NCBI GenBank assembly: GCA_019637805.1
Contig: JAHBVB010000001.1
Coordinates: 969,875 to 1,033,874, forward strand
Source of the DNA: Anaerolineales bacterium
Lineage (GTDB): Bacteria > Chloroflexota > Anaerolineae > Anaerolineales > UBA11579
Direction: 5' to 3'
DNA length: 64,000 nucleotides
Shown here: piece by piece, positions 37,988 through 46,865 of the stretch
How the letters are laid out: the number at the start of each line of letters is the position of its first letter
Position numbering within the stretch: the first letter of the stretch is position 1
Position numbers and translations under genes: made by a program
Notes under the pieces: model-generated
The model's input: only the letters and a program-made list of their open reading frames with translations
Database searches by the model: none
Told to the model about the DNA's origin: nothing

Positions 37988-39300
37988 TGGCGCTGCGTAG
38001 CAGCGCACATCATACCTGCCGCTTTGCGGCCAATTTCCACGGCGAAGTTGGTGCCGCGGTCCCAGGGGTAGACCTGCGACATGCTGGCGAAGTAAAGCCC
38101 GGGCAGCGGTGTGCGGATGTCGGGAATGTTGGCCGAGTGGTTGACCAGAGGCACTGGCTGAGCGTAGTTCGTCTGGTGCACCCAGACCCCTTTGACCCAG
38201 TCGCGGCGAAAATCAGGATTGACGCGCTGAATGCCGGGGATGAAGCGTGCCAGCAGTTCCTCGTCGCTCAGCGAGAAATACTCGTGGCCGACTTCCAAAT
38301 AATCGCCGCAATACAGGATGTGGTCGCCGCCGAAGTGCTCGGGGGGCACGAAGTTGGTGTGCTCCACCAGGGCCAGGAAGGGGAAGCCGGCGCTCTTGGG
38401 GATGTTGTACCAGTAGTAGCCCTCGTTCGATAGCTGTCGGTCCAGCGCCAGGGTCATCACCACCGCACCCATGCTTTGCAGGTTCAGCAGGCCGCGCAAA
38501 TAATCTTCTGGCAGCTGCGGGGCGAGCCTGGCCAGCAGGCTTGGGGAGGTGGTCGCCAGTATCTGGTCGAAATGCTGCTCGGCGCCGTTCACCGTCAGGG
38601 TCAGGCCGCCGCCATTGGCGCTCTCGATGCGTTCGGCGCGGGCGTTGAAGATGATATGCACGCCCATCTCGCCCAGGCGGGCGGCGAACTGGTCGGCGAA
38701 GGCCTGGAAGCCGCCCTCAAAAGTGCCCAGGCGCGTGGTGCGGGCGTGCAGGCGGGCCCACAGCCAGGCCATGTTGACATCTTTGGCGTAGGGGCCAAAC
38801 TTGCCCTGCACCAGCGGCAGCCACATGCGCTCGTAGACACGCTCCCCGGCCCACTTGCGCATCCAGGCGTCCACGGTGGTCTTTTCCAGCGGCCGCCAAT
38901 TGCTGCTGAGGCGCAGATACAGGCCCACCAGGCCGAAGCGAATCTTGTCCAGCCCCCAGCCCAGGCCGGGGTAGAGCAGGGCGGCCAGGATCGAGTCGAA
39001 GGGGTAAAAGCCGCCCTCGCCATCACGCCCCTCGTGATACATGACCGTGTAAGGCCGCGGGAAGAGCACTTGATCGCTCCAGCCCAATTCTTCGATCAGG
39101 CCCAGCATGTGTCTGTCAGAGGCGAACCAGTGGTGATAGAACTTGTCCACCCACCAGTCCCAGCCCGGCTGCTTGAAGCCCGCCGCCAGCCCGCCGGCCT
39201 GCTCGGCGGCTTCGTAGATGGTGACCTCGTGCCCGGCGCGGCGCAGGTCGTAGGCGGCGGCCATACCGCCGAAGCCGGCGCCGATGATGGCGATCTTCAT
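37960..39300 (-). CDS. NAD(P)/FAD-dependent oxidoreductase (phytoene desaturase / amine oxidase-like)
   Basis: Rossmann 'MKIAIIGAGFGGMAAAYDL...YEA..QAGGLA'; 446 aa. Confidence 0.85.
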   Translation of the reverse strand: MKIAIIGAGFGGMAAAYDLRRAGHEVTIYEAAEQAGGLAAGFKQPGWDWWVDKFYHHWFASDRHMLGLIEELGWSDQVLFPRPYTVMYHEGRDGEGGFYPFDSILAALLYPGLGWGLDKIRFGLVGLYLRLSSNWRPLEKTTVDAWMRKWAGERVYERMWLPLVQGKFGPYAKDVNMAWLWARLHARTTRLGTFEGGFQAFADQFAARLGEMGVHIIFNARAERIESANGGGLTLTVNGAEQHFDQILATTSPSLLARLAPQLPEDYLRGLLNLQSMGAVVMTLALDRQLSNEGYYWYNIPKSAGFPFLALVEHTNFVPPEHFGGDHILYCGDYLEVGHEYFSLSDEELLARFIPGIQRVNPDFRRDWVKGVWVHQTNYAQPVPLVNHSANIPDIRTPLPGLYFASMSQVYPWDRGTNFAVEIGRKAAGMMCAATQRQENLLGYTE

Positions 39301-40310
39301 ACCGGCTCCTCCGTAGGCACTTCGCCCCAGCGGATGCCCTCACGGGCCAGGTAATAAGCCCCGAGCAGGGTGATGGGCAGCCACAGGGCGATGTGCAGAA
39401 CGAAGGTGTAGCTGCTGGCCACCGCGGCCGGCACGCCGTAGGCTTCCAGCACGGCGATGCCCGGCGCGTCGAAAGTGCCGATGTAACCGGGGGCCGAGGG
39501 GATGGTGGTCGCCAGGTTGACCACGCCATTCATCAGCATCAGGGCGAAGAAACTGACCTCGAAGTTGAAGGCGTGCATCACGAACCAATATTTGCCCGTC
39601 TCCAACAGCCAGATCACCACCGAGGTCAAAAAGACCATCAGGATCTCCAGCGGGGAGCGCAGCGAAGCCAGGCCGCCCAGGAAGCGCTCACCCAGGGAGA
39701 GCAGCTGCTGGCGGAAGCGAACCGGAGCCAGGCGTGCCAGGGCGGCCAGCAGGCGCAGGCTGGCGGCCGGGAACATGGCGGCCAGCAGGAAGACCAGCAG
39801 CGCCCCGAAGAAGACCAGGCTGCCCCAAAAGGCGACCTGCTGGATGTTCAGGCCGCCCAGCAGGCTGCCGGCCCCACCCAGTTCGGCCAGTTCGCCCAGA
39901 TTGATGAAGATGAAGGCCAGCATGACCACGCCGTCGAAGATGCGTTCGACGATAATGGTGGCCAACGAAGCCGAGACGGGCACGCCCTCACGGCGTTTGA
40001 GCACCACGGCGCGCAGGATCTCGCCGGCCCGGGCCGGGTAGATGTTGTTGCCCATGTAGCCGATGGCCACAATGGGGAACATGCTTGCGGTGGGCACGGT
40101 CTTCAGCGGGCGCAGCAGGTAATGCCAGCGCCAGGCGCGCGCCCAGACCGCCAGCAGATAAACGCCCACGCCCGGCAGCAGCCACCAGTAGTTGGCGGAC
40201 TGCACCTGCGCCATGAAGTCATCCAAATGCAGGTCGCGCAGCACCAGCCAGAGGAAAAAGGCGCTGATCAACAGGCCAAGCCAAAATTGCCAACGCTTCA
40301 CAATAAACAT
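39297..40310 (-). CDS. Flippase-like / lysylphosphatidylglycerol-synthase TM-region family membrane protein (UPF0104-like)
   Basis: About 8 TM segments; 'GYMGNNIYPARAGEILRAVVLKRREGV'. 4-nt overlap with the downstream oxidoreductase. The start is uncertain (ATG at 40310, or upstream at 40388/40424). Confidence 0.7.
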   Translation of the reverse strand: MFIVKRWQFWLGLLISAFFLWLVLRDLHLDDFMAQVQSANYWWLLPGVGVYLLAVWARAWRWHYLLRPLKTVPTASMFPIVAIGYMGNNIYPARAGEILRAVVLKRREGVPVSASLATIIVERIFDGVVMLAFIFINLGELAELGGAGSLLGGLNIQQVAFWGSLVFFGALLVFLLAAMFPAASLRLLAALARLAPVRFRQQLLSLGERFLGGLASLRSPLEILMVFLTSVVIWLLETGKYWFVMHAFNFEVSFFALMLMNGVVNLATTIPSAPGYIGTFDAPGIAVLEAYGVPAAVASSYTFVLHIALWLPITLLGAYYLAREGIRWGEVPTEEPV

Positions 40311-40602
40311 CCTTGCAGTGGAGAATCGTAAGCGATGCTCAGCAGCGCTAAATTCTCCGACGCGGCGCTTGCGCCGCAAAATTGCCATCGTTTCATACGA
40401 TGTTTGCCCCACCCAAGGCCGCAAGTGATTTATTCATTAAACAGATTGTACTCTTGGCCGCAAAGTATTAATTATTATCATGACGCGAGGGTCTCTTGGC
40501 TTGACAGCCAGCCTGATAAGCTTGGAATCCCAGCAAACTGAAGCCAGTATAGCGGTTAACCCGCCGCGGGTTGTTGTTCGCCTGCCGGCGTCAACCGACA
40601 GC

Positions 40603-41340
40603 TTATACGGGTGGCCACGGTACGCTGCGCTGGTCCTCCGGTTGGGCGGGATAGTGCCCGGCGGCCAACAGGGCCGCCCGCCGAGCCTCCAGTGCGGCGA
40701 TCTCCTCCTGGCTGAGGTAAGGCGCCAAAGCGGCGCTCAGCGGCCCGTCAGGCGCCAGCTGCGGCCCCAGGCGCGCCAGCCCCGCGCTGACCTCGGCCGG
40801 GAACGGCTCGCCGGCAAAGACCCAGATTACGGTGCGCAGTTTGGGTTCGGTGTGGAAGCTGATGCCGTGGTCGATCAGCCAGAGTTTGCCGGCCGGGTCC
40901 AGCAGGATATGACCGCCTTTGCGGTCGGCATTGTTGATCAGCAGGTCAAAAGCCGCCGTGGGACGCAACTGCTGGCGCACGGCGTCGTCAAAAGTGAAGT
41001 AGTGCTGTTCGGGGTCATGAGGGATGTGCAGCTGCAGGGAGCCGGGACCGAGCGGGCCATCGTCTCGAAAGACGGTGGGCGGCACCAAGCCCCAGCCCAG
41101 CGCCTGGCTGACCAGCCAGGCGGCCACTTCGCGGCCGGCCAGGCTGTCTTCGGGGAAGTCCCACAGCGGCCGTTCGCCGCGCTGCGGCTTGTAGACCGCT
41201 TCCAGCGGGGCGCCGCCGGGTTGCGTCACTTCCACCAGGAATGTGTAGTTGCTGCCCCAAGTGAACTGGCCGGTGATGGAGAATTCGCCGCTTTGGAGGA
41301 TGGCGATGGGTGTGACTCGGGCACTAAGTCGCTTGCTCAA
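40603..41340 (-). CDS. SCO1664-family protein (PI3/PI4-kinase-like fold)
   Basis: 'GSNYTFLV', 'VYKPQRGERPLWDFP', 'LINNADRKGGHILLD' and 'WLIDHGISFH' (kinase catalytic- and DFG-like loops). Confidence 0.82.
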   Translation of the reverse strand: MSKRLSARVTPIAILQSGEFSITGQFTWGSNYTFLVEVTQPGGAPLEAVYKPQRGERPLWDFPEDSLAGREVAAWLVSQALGWGLVPPTVFRDDGPLGPGSLQLHIPHDPEQHYFTFDDAVRQQLRPTAAFDLLINNADRKGGHILLDPAGKLWLIDHGISFHTEPKLRTVIWVFAGEPFPAEVSAGLARLGPQLAPDGPLSAALAPYLSQEEIAALEARRAALLAAGHYPAQPEDQRSVPWPPV

Positions 41341-41380
41341 TTGGTTACTCCCAATTGACCAAGCACCGGCTGACCCGTTG

Positions 41381-41408
41381 ACTAATACTCATGCCCATTT
41401 TTGCGGGG
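41381..41408. repeat. Direct repeat, left copy (relic of the DUF3090 3' end)
   Basis: actaatactcATGCCCATTTTTGCGGGg. The 17-nt core is identical to 42871-42887. Confidence 0.8.
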
Positions 41409-41423
41409 CGCAACCGACGCGGC

Positions 41424-42752
41424 TCACTCCCTAGGCCAGACTACGTGGACCCCCTCTATGGTGGGCACATAAAAGTAAGCCGCGTCAGGAAGGGGATATT
41501 CATAGAGTACCTCTGCGGTGGCCAGGTCCACCACCAACGCACTAGCCACTCTGAAAGTCCATCCATATTCATCCGTGCCAGCGAGACGAAAGCCCACAAA
41601 GCTGCTCCCATCCGGGCTGACCGCCATGGGTATCACGTCCGGGAGCGTATTGGCCTGCTCGCCTTCCACTACCGTAAATGGCATTTCACCCGAGGGGTTC
41701 CAGGCGGAGTAATAACGATTTAGCAAGTCACCATCGCTGAATGAACCGGAGCGCTCTTCTACAAAAAGCAGATAGTCTCCGCGGTCCTGCAGCGGAAACA
41801 ACTTCAGCACCTCTATGTTGTACTCCCGCCAGTCTTCCCGTTCCGTATCGAAGGTGGCTACATAGGCAAGCAACTCTACTTTATCAAAATCGTAGAGCTG
41901 ATAATAATATTGCACTGGGCTTTCTTGGCGGGAGATGTAATCGTGCACCATGCCCAGTTGCGGGAGTATGCAGATCTCACACCGATATGAGTCTGGGGTC
42001 AGGCCACTATGCTTAATCAAATCAGAACGCGTTTGGGCGTTTGGCATCGGCCAGACCGTATGCTGGCCGGTGCTGGAATCATAGGAGATGCGCGGGACCC
42101 CATCTGCATCGCGGATATAGCTCACAATGTCATCCCCGGTAGACCAGATGACGGGCGCAATTTGACCAGCAGAATATGCGCTCGTAAATTGATCAATATA
42201 GGTAAGCTGGTCCGTTTGCAGACTGTACAGCCACAGGGAATCACTACTGTGGTAGTTGAGTACACCCAAACTCAGCCATTGTTGGCTGGGCGCCCAAGCC
42301 ACATGAAGGAGGTCAGCCTCCTCGGCTATGATCCCGGAGAGATCAATCACCCGGCTTTCGCCGCTATCCAGGTCATACACGGTGCCGGGGCCTTTACTGG
42401 GGGAGCTGAACAGCATGCTGCCGTCGGGAGAAAGAGCCAGTCTCCACGAGCCCTCTATGGGAATGCTGGCTACAAGCTCTTCACTGCCCAATTCGATCAC
42501 GTCGATAAAACCTTCCCCCCTCTCCCCCACCAGCTCCCATCTAGCTACGGCCAGGCGCGGGTTGGGGCCGCTGTAGGGCAGCTGCGTTGGCGTGGGGCTG
42601 GGCTCCACCGTAGGGCTGGCCTCAATTGTGGCGCTGGCTGCGGGCTGGCTGGTAGCGCTGGGCTGGCTGGCTGAGGCATCCGGCTGGCTGGCCGGCGCGG
42701 AGGCACAGGCGGATAAGAGCAGGCTAAGGGTTAGGAGAATGTGTTTTTGCAT
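41424..42752 (-). CDS. Lipoprotein, probable beta-propeller (TolB/WD40-like), on a lower-GC cassette
   Basis: Signal peptide with lipobox 'LLLSACAS', an S/P/A-rich linker, then repeated 'SPDGS'-type blades ('LALSPDGSMLF', 'MAVSPDGSSFV'). Confidence 0.78.
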   Translation of the reverse strand: MQKHILLTLSLLLSACASAPASQPDASASQPSATSQPAASATIEASPTVEPSPTPTQLPYSGPNPRLAVARWELVGERGEGFIDVIELGSEELVASIPIEGSWRLALSPDGSMLFSSPSKGPGTVYDLDSGESRVIDLSGIIAEEADLLHVAWAPSQQWLSLGVLNYHSSDSLWLYSLQTDQLTYIDQFTSAYSAGQIAPVIWSTGDDIVSYIRDADGVPRISYDSSTGQHTVWPMPNAQTRSDLIKHSGLTPDSYRCEICILPQLGMVHDYISRQESPVQYYYQLYDFDKVELLAYVATFDTEREDWREYNIEVLKLFPLQDRGDYLLFVEERSGSFSDGDLLNRYYSAWNPSGEMPFTVVEGEQANTLPDVIPMAVSPDGSSFVGFRLAGTDEYGWTFRVASALVVDLATAEVLYEYPLPDAAYFYVPTIEGVHVVWPRE

Positions 42753-42860
42753 GATGGGATAACGCCCTCCCTATTGTGATGTTACTCCGGTTTCTGATCA
42801 GCGCCGTAGTCAGGAATGTGTCATGCGATGTGCAGGCGCCCCACTCATTCTAATTTACTG

Positions 42861-42888
42861 ATCAATGCTTATGCCCATTTTTGCGGGC
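42861..42888. repeat. Direct repeat, right copy (functional 3' end of the DUF3090 gene)
   Basis: atcaatgcttATGCCCATTTTTGCGGGc. It encodes '...CARKNGHKH*' on the minus strand. Confidence 0.8.
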
Positions 42889-43386
42889 ACAGAAATGGCC
42901 GGCCGGGTCCATCGGTTGGCCGCACTGCGGGCAGATCGGGCGGCCGCGCGAGGCGATCTCGATGCCCCAATTGGCCAGGGCGCGGATCTGCGAGCGTGTG
43001 CACCACAAGCGCGCCAGCCCCAGCTCATCCGGCTCCTGCTGGCCTTCGGGCAGCTCACGCAGTTCCAGGGCTACCAGGTCGCCGTCTGGGTCGTAGCCCA
43101 AACCCAACTGGCCGACGCGGAAGATGGGGTCCACCGGCGGGTGGATGTGCATCTGGTCTTCGTCGTAGTCGGCCGAGGCGTCGGCCAGGTCGGCGTGCTT
43201 GGTGTTGATCTCAGCCAGGAACTGCTCCACGCCGACCGCCAGGCTCTGGATCTGGGTCTTCTCACAGACCAGGGTGATGATGCGGTCGTCCTTCCAGGCC
43301 TGGATGTAAAAGACGCGCTGGCCGGGGGCGCCAATCGCGTCGGTGGTGATGTGGTCTACAGGGCGAAGCTCGATGGGTTTAGGCAT
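42862..43386 (-). CDS. DUF3090 family protein
   Basis: 'GAPGQRVFYIQA' near the N-terminus and C-terminal 'CPQCGQPMDPAGHFCARKNGH'. ATG 43386 is preferred because it starts after the upstream stop; the track start is 43428. Confidence 0.82.
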   Translation of the reverse strand: MPKPIELRPVDHITTDAIGAPGQRVFYIQAWKDDRIITLVCEKTQIQSLAVGVEQFLAEINTKHADLADASADYDEDQMHIHPPVDPIFRVGQLGLGYDPDGDLVALELRELPEGQQEPDELGLARLWCTRSQIRALANWGIEIASRGRPICPQCGQPMDPAGHFCARKNGHKH

Positions 43387-43402
43387 AGAGGTGGATAGTA
43401 TA

Positions 43403-44023
43403 TCAGCCGGGTTTGGCAGCACCGTCACCGGCGCGCCAGTTTAAGTTGAGCAACTGGGCGCCAGCCTCGCCGATGAAGAGCGTACTGACCGAGGCCGTGT
43501 CCACCGAGAGCCGTTGGTACTGGTCCAGCGGCAGGCCGAGGTAGTGGGCAATGATCAGCTTGATCGGGTCGGCATGGCTGACGCAGGCGATGACGTCTTT
43601 GGGGCCGTGGCCGGCGCAGATCGCTTCGATCTGGTTAGCCAGGCGCAGCTGCTGCTCGGGGATGCTTTCACCGCCAGGGAAGCGGAAACGCGAAGGCGCC
43701 TGCTGCAAGACCTTCCAGGACTTCTCGCGGCGCATGTCCTTGAGCAGGCGACCCTGCCACTCACCCAGGTCGGTTTCCTGCAGGTCACGGCGGATGTGCA
43801 CTTTGAGGCCGTGGGCCTTGGCCAGCGGTGCAGCCGTCTCACGGGCGCGCTCCAGCGGGCTGCTGTACACCGCCGCCAGCGACGGCTTGGCCAGCGCGCC
43901 GGCCAGCGCGGCGGCCTGAGCCCCCCCGCGGGCGTTGAGATGCACGCCCGGCAGCCGCCCGGCGGCGCGCCCGGTTTTGACGAAGTCGTTTTCGCCGTGG
44001 CGAATCAATAGGACAAGCGGCAT
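43403..44023 (-). CDS. Histidine phosphatase family protein (MSMEG_4193-type putative phosphomutase)
   Basis: Internal ATG at 44023 gives 'MPLVLLIRHGEN' (RHG motif). The upstream 117 codons of the track ORF are out-of-frame overlap with rarA. 'VSHADPIK' supplies the second His. Confidence 0.85.
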   Translation of the reverse strand: MPLVLLIRHGENDFVKTGRAAGRLPGVHLNARGGAQAAALAGALAKPSLAAVYSSPLERARETAAPLAKAHGLKVHIRRDLQETDLGEWQGRLLKDMRREKSWKVLQQAPSRFRFPGGESIPEQQLRLANQIEAICAGHGPKDVIACVSHADPIKLIIAHYLGLPLDQYQRLSVDTASVSTLFIGEAGAQLLNLNWRAGDGAAKPG

Positions 44024-44024
44024 G

Positions 44025-45446
44025 CTAGCGGCTCCCGCCGCCCTTGTGGCGGCGTTTGATCTCTTCGGCTTCGTCGTGGCCCGGGGTGGGCAGCTGTTCG
44101 CTGCGAGTGATGTTGAGCGCCAGCCGTTGGGCTTCGCGCCAGCGCGCCAGGCGCGCTTTGACCTCGGCTTCATAGCCTTGCTCGGACGGGTCGTAAAAAT
44201 AGGTGCCCAGCACGTCCTTGGGCAGGTACTGCTGCGGGGCAAAATGCTCCGGCTCGTCATGCGGATAGACATAGCCCTGGCCGTGGCCCAGCGCCTTGCC
44301 GTCCCGGTTCTTGTCGCGCAGCGGGTCCGGCACGTCCACCTTGCCTTCAGCTTCGATCTTCTGGTAGGCGGCAAAATAGCCCAGGGCGCTGTTGGACTTG
44401 GGCGCCGTGGAGAGATACAGCGTGGCGTGCACGATGGGGAAAATGCCCTCCGGCAGGCCGATGAAATCGAAGGATTGGGCGGCGGCGTTGGCCACCACCA
44501 GGCCCAGCGGGTCGCCCAGGCCGATGTCCTCGCCGGCCAGGATCACCAGACGGCGCAGGATAAAGCGCGGGTCCTCCCCGGCGTAGAGCATCTTGGCCAG
44601 CCAGTACAGCGCTGCATCCGGGTCGGAGCCGCGCACCGACTTGATGAAAGCCGAGATCGTGTCGTAATGGGCGTCGCCGTCCTTGTCATAAAGCACGGCG
44701 CGGCGCTGGATCGATTCCTGCGCCACGGACAGGCTGATCTGGATCATGCCGCTGGCATCGGGTGGGGTGCTCTCCACGGCCAGCTCCAGGGCATTGAGCG
44801 CATTGCGCGCATCGCCGCCGGCCACGCGGATGAAGTGGGCGGCGGCCTCGTCGTGCAGGTGGATGCTGCGGCCGCCGTAGCCGCGCTCGGGGTCGTCCAG
44901 CGCCATTTGCATCACTTGGCGCACTTCAGCATCGGTCAGGGGGTGCAGCTGGAAGATGCGCGAGCGGGAGACCAGCGCGCCGTTGACCTCGAAATAGGGG
45001 TTCTCGGTGGTGGCGCCGATCAGGGTGATGGTGCCGTTCTCGACATGCGGCAGCAGGGCGTCCTGCTGGGCTTTGTTCCAGCGGTGCACCTCGTCCACAA
45101 AGAGGATGGTGCGCATGTTGTACAGCCGGCGGCGCTCTTTGGCCTCGTCCAGCACCTGGCGCAGCTCGGCTTTGCCGGCCATCACGGCCGAGAGCGTTTC
45201 GAAGTGCGATTGGGTGTGGTTGGCAATGACCATCGCCAGGGTGGTCTTGCCCACGCCCGGCGGCCCCCACAGGATGATGGAGGCGAACAGCCGGTCAGCC
45301 TCAATGGCCCGGCGCAGCAGGCGGCCTTCGCCGAGAATCTCCTGCTGGCCCACGTATTCTTCCAGCCGGCGCGGGCGCATGCGCGCCGCCAACGGGGCTT
45401 CGCGGTCGAGGCGCTGTTTCAGCGCGTGGTCAAAGAGATCGGCCAA
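44025..45446 (-). CDS. rarA: Replication-associated recombination protein A (AAA+ ATPase)
   Basis: Walker A 'GPPGVGKTT', 'LFVDEVHRWNKAQQDALLP', and a MgsA C-terminal domain. TTG start. Confidence 0.93.
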   Translation of the reverse strand: MADLFDHALKQRLDREAPLAARMRPRRLEEYVGQQEILGEGRLLRRAIEADRLFASIILWGPPGVGKTTLAMVIANHTQSHFETLSAVMAGKAELRQVLDEAKERRRLYNMRTILFVDEVHRWNKAQQDALLPHVENGTITLIGATTENPYFEVNGALVSRSRIFQLHPLTDAEVRQVMQMALDDPERGYGGRSIHLHDEAAAHFIRVAGGDARNALNALELAVESTPPDASGMIQISLSVAQESIQRRAVLYDKDGDAHYDTISAFIKSVRGSDPDAALYWLAKMLYAGEDPRFILRRLVILAGEDIGLGDPLGLVVANAAAQSFDFIGLPEGIFPIVHATLYLSTAPKSNSALGYFAAYQKIEAEGKVDVPDPLRDKNRDGKALGHGQGYVYPHDEPEHFAPQQYLPKDVLGTYFYDPSEQGYEAEVKARLARWREAQRLALNITRSEQLPTPGHDEAEEIKRRHKGGGSR

Positions 45447-45519
45447 AGCAGATGAATTATACAGCGCCGGTTGCCGGGCTGATTTAATTGCCTTTTATAA
45501 TGAACAAGTGAGGGAAACC

Positions 45520-46020
45520 ATGGAACGCCGCATTCGCTTTCAGTTGGATCTAAAAGCCACTCCCGAAGAAGTCTGGGATGCCTGGCTCACAGCGCACACT
45601 TTCTTTGCTCCGGAATCCAAGATAGACGCCCGGCCCGGCGGGGCTTATGAAATGTACTTCGATCTGGCTGCCGCGCCCGGCTCACGCGGCGGGGAGGGCC
45701 TGGTGTTTCTGGCCCTGCAGCGCCCGCATTTGATCTCTTTCACTTGGAACGCTCCTCCGCACTTGGCGGATGTGCGCCCACAGCACACCCACATCACTGT
45801 GCGCCTCGAGCCGTTAGCAAATGGCACTCGTCTGCACTTCTGTGAGGATGGTTTTGGTCAAGGCGGCCAGTGGGAGCAGCGCATTGAGTATTTCCGGCGC
45901 GCCTGGGGCAAGGTCATATTGCCGCGCCTGGCGTATCGCTTTGACAAAGGTCCAGTCGATTGGGCGCACCCGCCCGACCTTGACGCCTATGTGGATTTGG
46001 TGACGGAAATTCGCGAATAA
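45520..46020 (+). CDS. SRPBCC (Aha1/START-like) domain protein
   Basis: ATG 45520 follows GAGGGA. 'PEEVWDAWLTAHTFF...GGAYEMYF'. The track start at 45007 is antisense to rarA. Confidence 0.78.
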   Translation: MERRIRFQLDLKATPEEVWDAWLTAHTFFAPESKIDARPGGAYEMYFDLAAAPGSRGGEGLVFLALQRPHLISFTWNAPPHLADVRPQHTHITVRLEPLANGTRLHFCEDGFGQGGQWEQRIEYFRRAWGKVILPRLAYRFDKGPVDWAHPPDLDAYVDLVTEIRE

Positions 46021-46086
46021 GACGCCAGTCATTCGCTCGTGTCTGGTTTGCAAAAATGCCGAGACTCCACCTAAAGGAAGATTCTG

Positions 46087-46524
46087 ATGGACCGCGTCAG
46101 TGCCCACATCCAGATCCAAGCCAGCCCGGCCAAAGTCTTTGACGTGTTTGTCAACCGGGTCAACGAGTGGTGGCCGCTGCAAGGCTACAGCTTTGCGCCG
46201 GAGCACACCACCCCCGGCCAGATCCACTTTGTTCCCGAAGTGGGCGGGCGTTTTTATGAAACCTTTGCCAACGGCGAAGAATTCCAGATCGGAGAGGTGA
46301 CCGTTTTGCAGTCCCCGGCGCGCTTCAGCTTCACCTGGAAGGGCGAGGCCTACAAAGAGGCCACAGAGGTGGATGTGATCTTGATCGAGGTGGCGGGCGG
46401 CACGCTGCTGACGCTGACCCACAGCGGCTGGGCGGCCGCTGGTGTGCGGGAGTTCGCCCCCAGCTACGCGGCGGGCTGGCCCAAGCTGCTGGCCCTGTTC
46501 GCCGCACTGGCCGAGCGGGACTGA
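46087..46524 (+). CDS. SRPBCC (Aha1/START-like) domain protein, second copy
   Basis: 'ASPAKVFDVFVNRVNEWWP', 'FSFTW' and 'THSGW'. Confidence 0.78.
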   Translation: MDRVSAHIQIQASPAKVFDVFVNRVNEWWPLQGYSFAPEHTTPGQIHFVPEVGGRFYETFANGEEFQIGEVTVLQSPARFSFTWKGEAYKEATEVDVILIEVAGGTLLTLTHSGWAAAGVREFAPSYAAGWPKLLALFAALAERD

Positions 46525-46527
46525 GGG

Positions 46528-46848
46528 TTAATCCGCCCGGCCGATCTCGAGCTTATTGAGCTTGCCCTCGGCATTCAAACCGAAGCGAAAATAGGCTTTG
46601 AAACTGCCCCATTGCTCGGTTTCGATGGTGCCGATCAGTTCATGACCATCCTGGCTTACCGCGTCGATGCTCACGAAACGCTCGTGGCCGATGGCGTTCT
46701 CGAAGAAGGGGCGGAAGGCCAGCGGCTGCCCGTCGTCCAGTAGTTCGGCGTCGTCGCTGAACTGGGCGAACCAGGCTGCTTTGTCGCCGGCTTGCAGGGC
46801 CTCAAAAGCGGCCTGGATGCTGGGATGGCCGAACTGCGGGGTTTCCAT
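46528..46848 (-). CDS. NTF2-like / SnoaL-like small protein
   Basis: 106 aa with an alpha+beta cone pattern: an N-terminal helix 'IQAAFEALQAGDKAAWFAQFSDDAEL', then beta strands. It lies 17 nt downstream of the NTase-like gene. Confidence 0.65.
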   Translation of the reverse strand: METPQFGHPSIQAAFEALQAGDKAAWFAQFSDDAELLDDGQPLAFRPFFENAIGHERFVSIDAVSQDGHELIGTIETEQWGSFKAYFRFGLNAEGKLNKLEIGRAD

Positions 46849-46865
46849 TCTGGGTAGCCCTCAGG

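Noticed and set aside
43403-44374. Full 323-aa version of the phosphatase ORF, and the 337-aa ORF 45007-46020
   Set aside because: The N-terminal parts lie within rarA: out of frame on the same strand for 43403-44374, and antisense for 45007-46020. Internal ATGs at 44023 and 45520 give complete RHG-phosphatase and SRPBCC domains.
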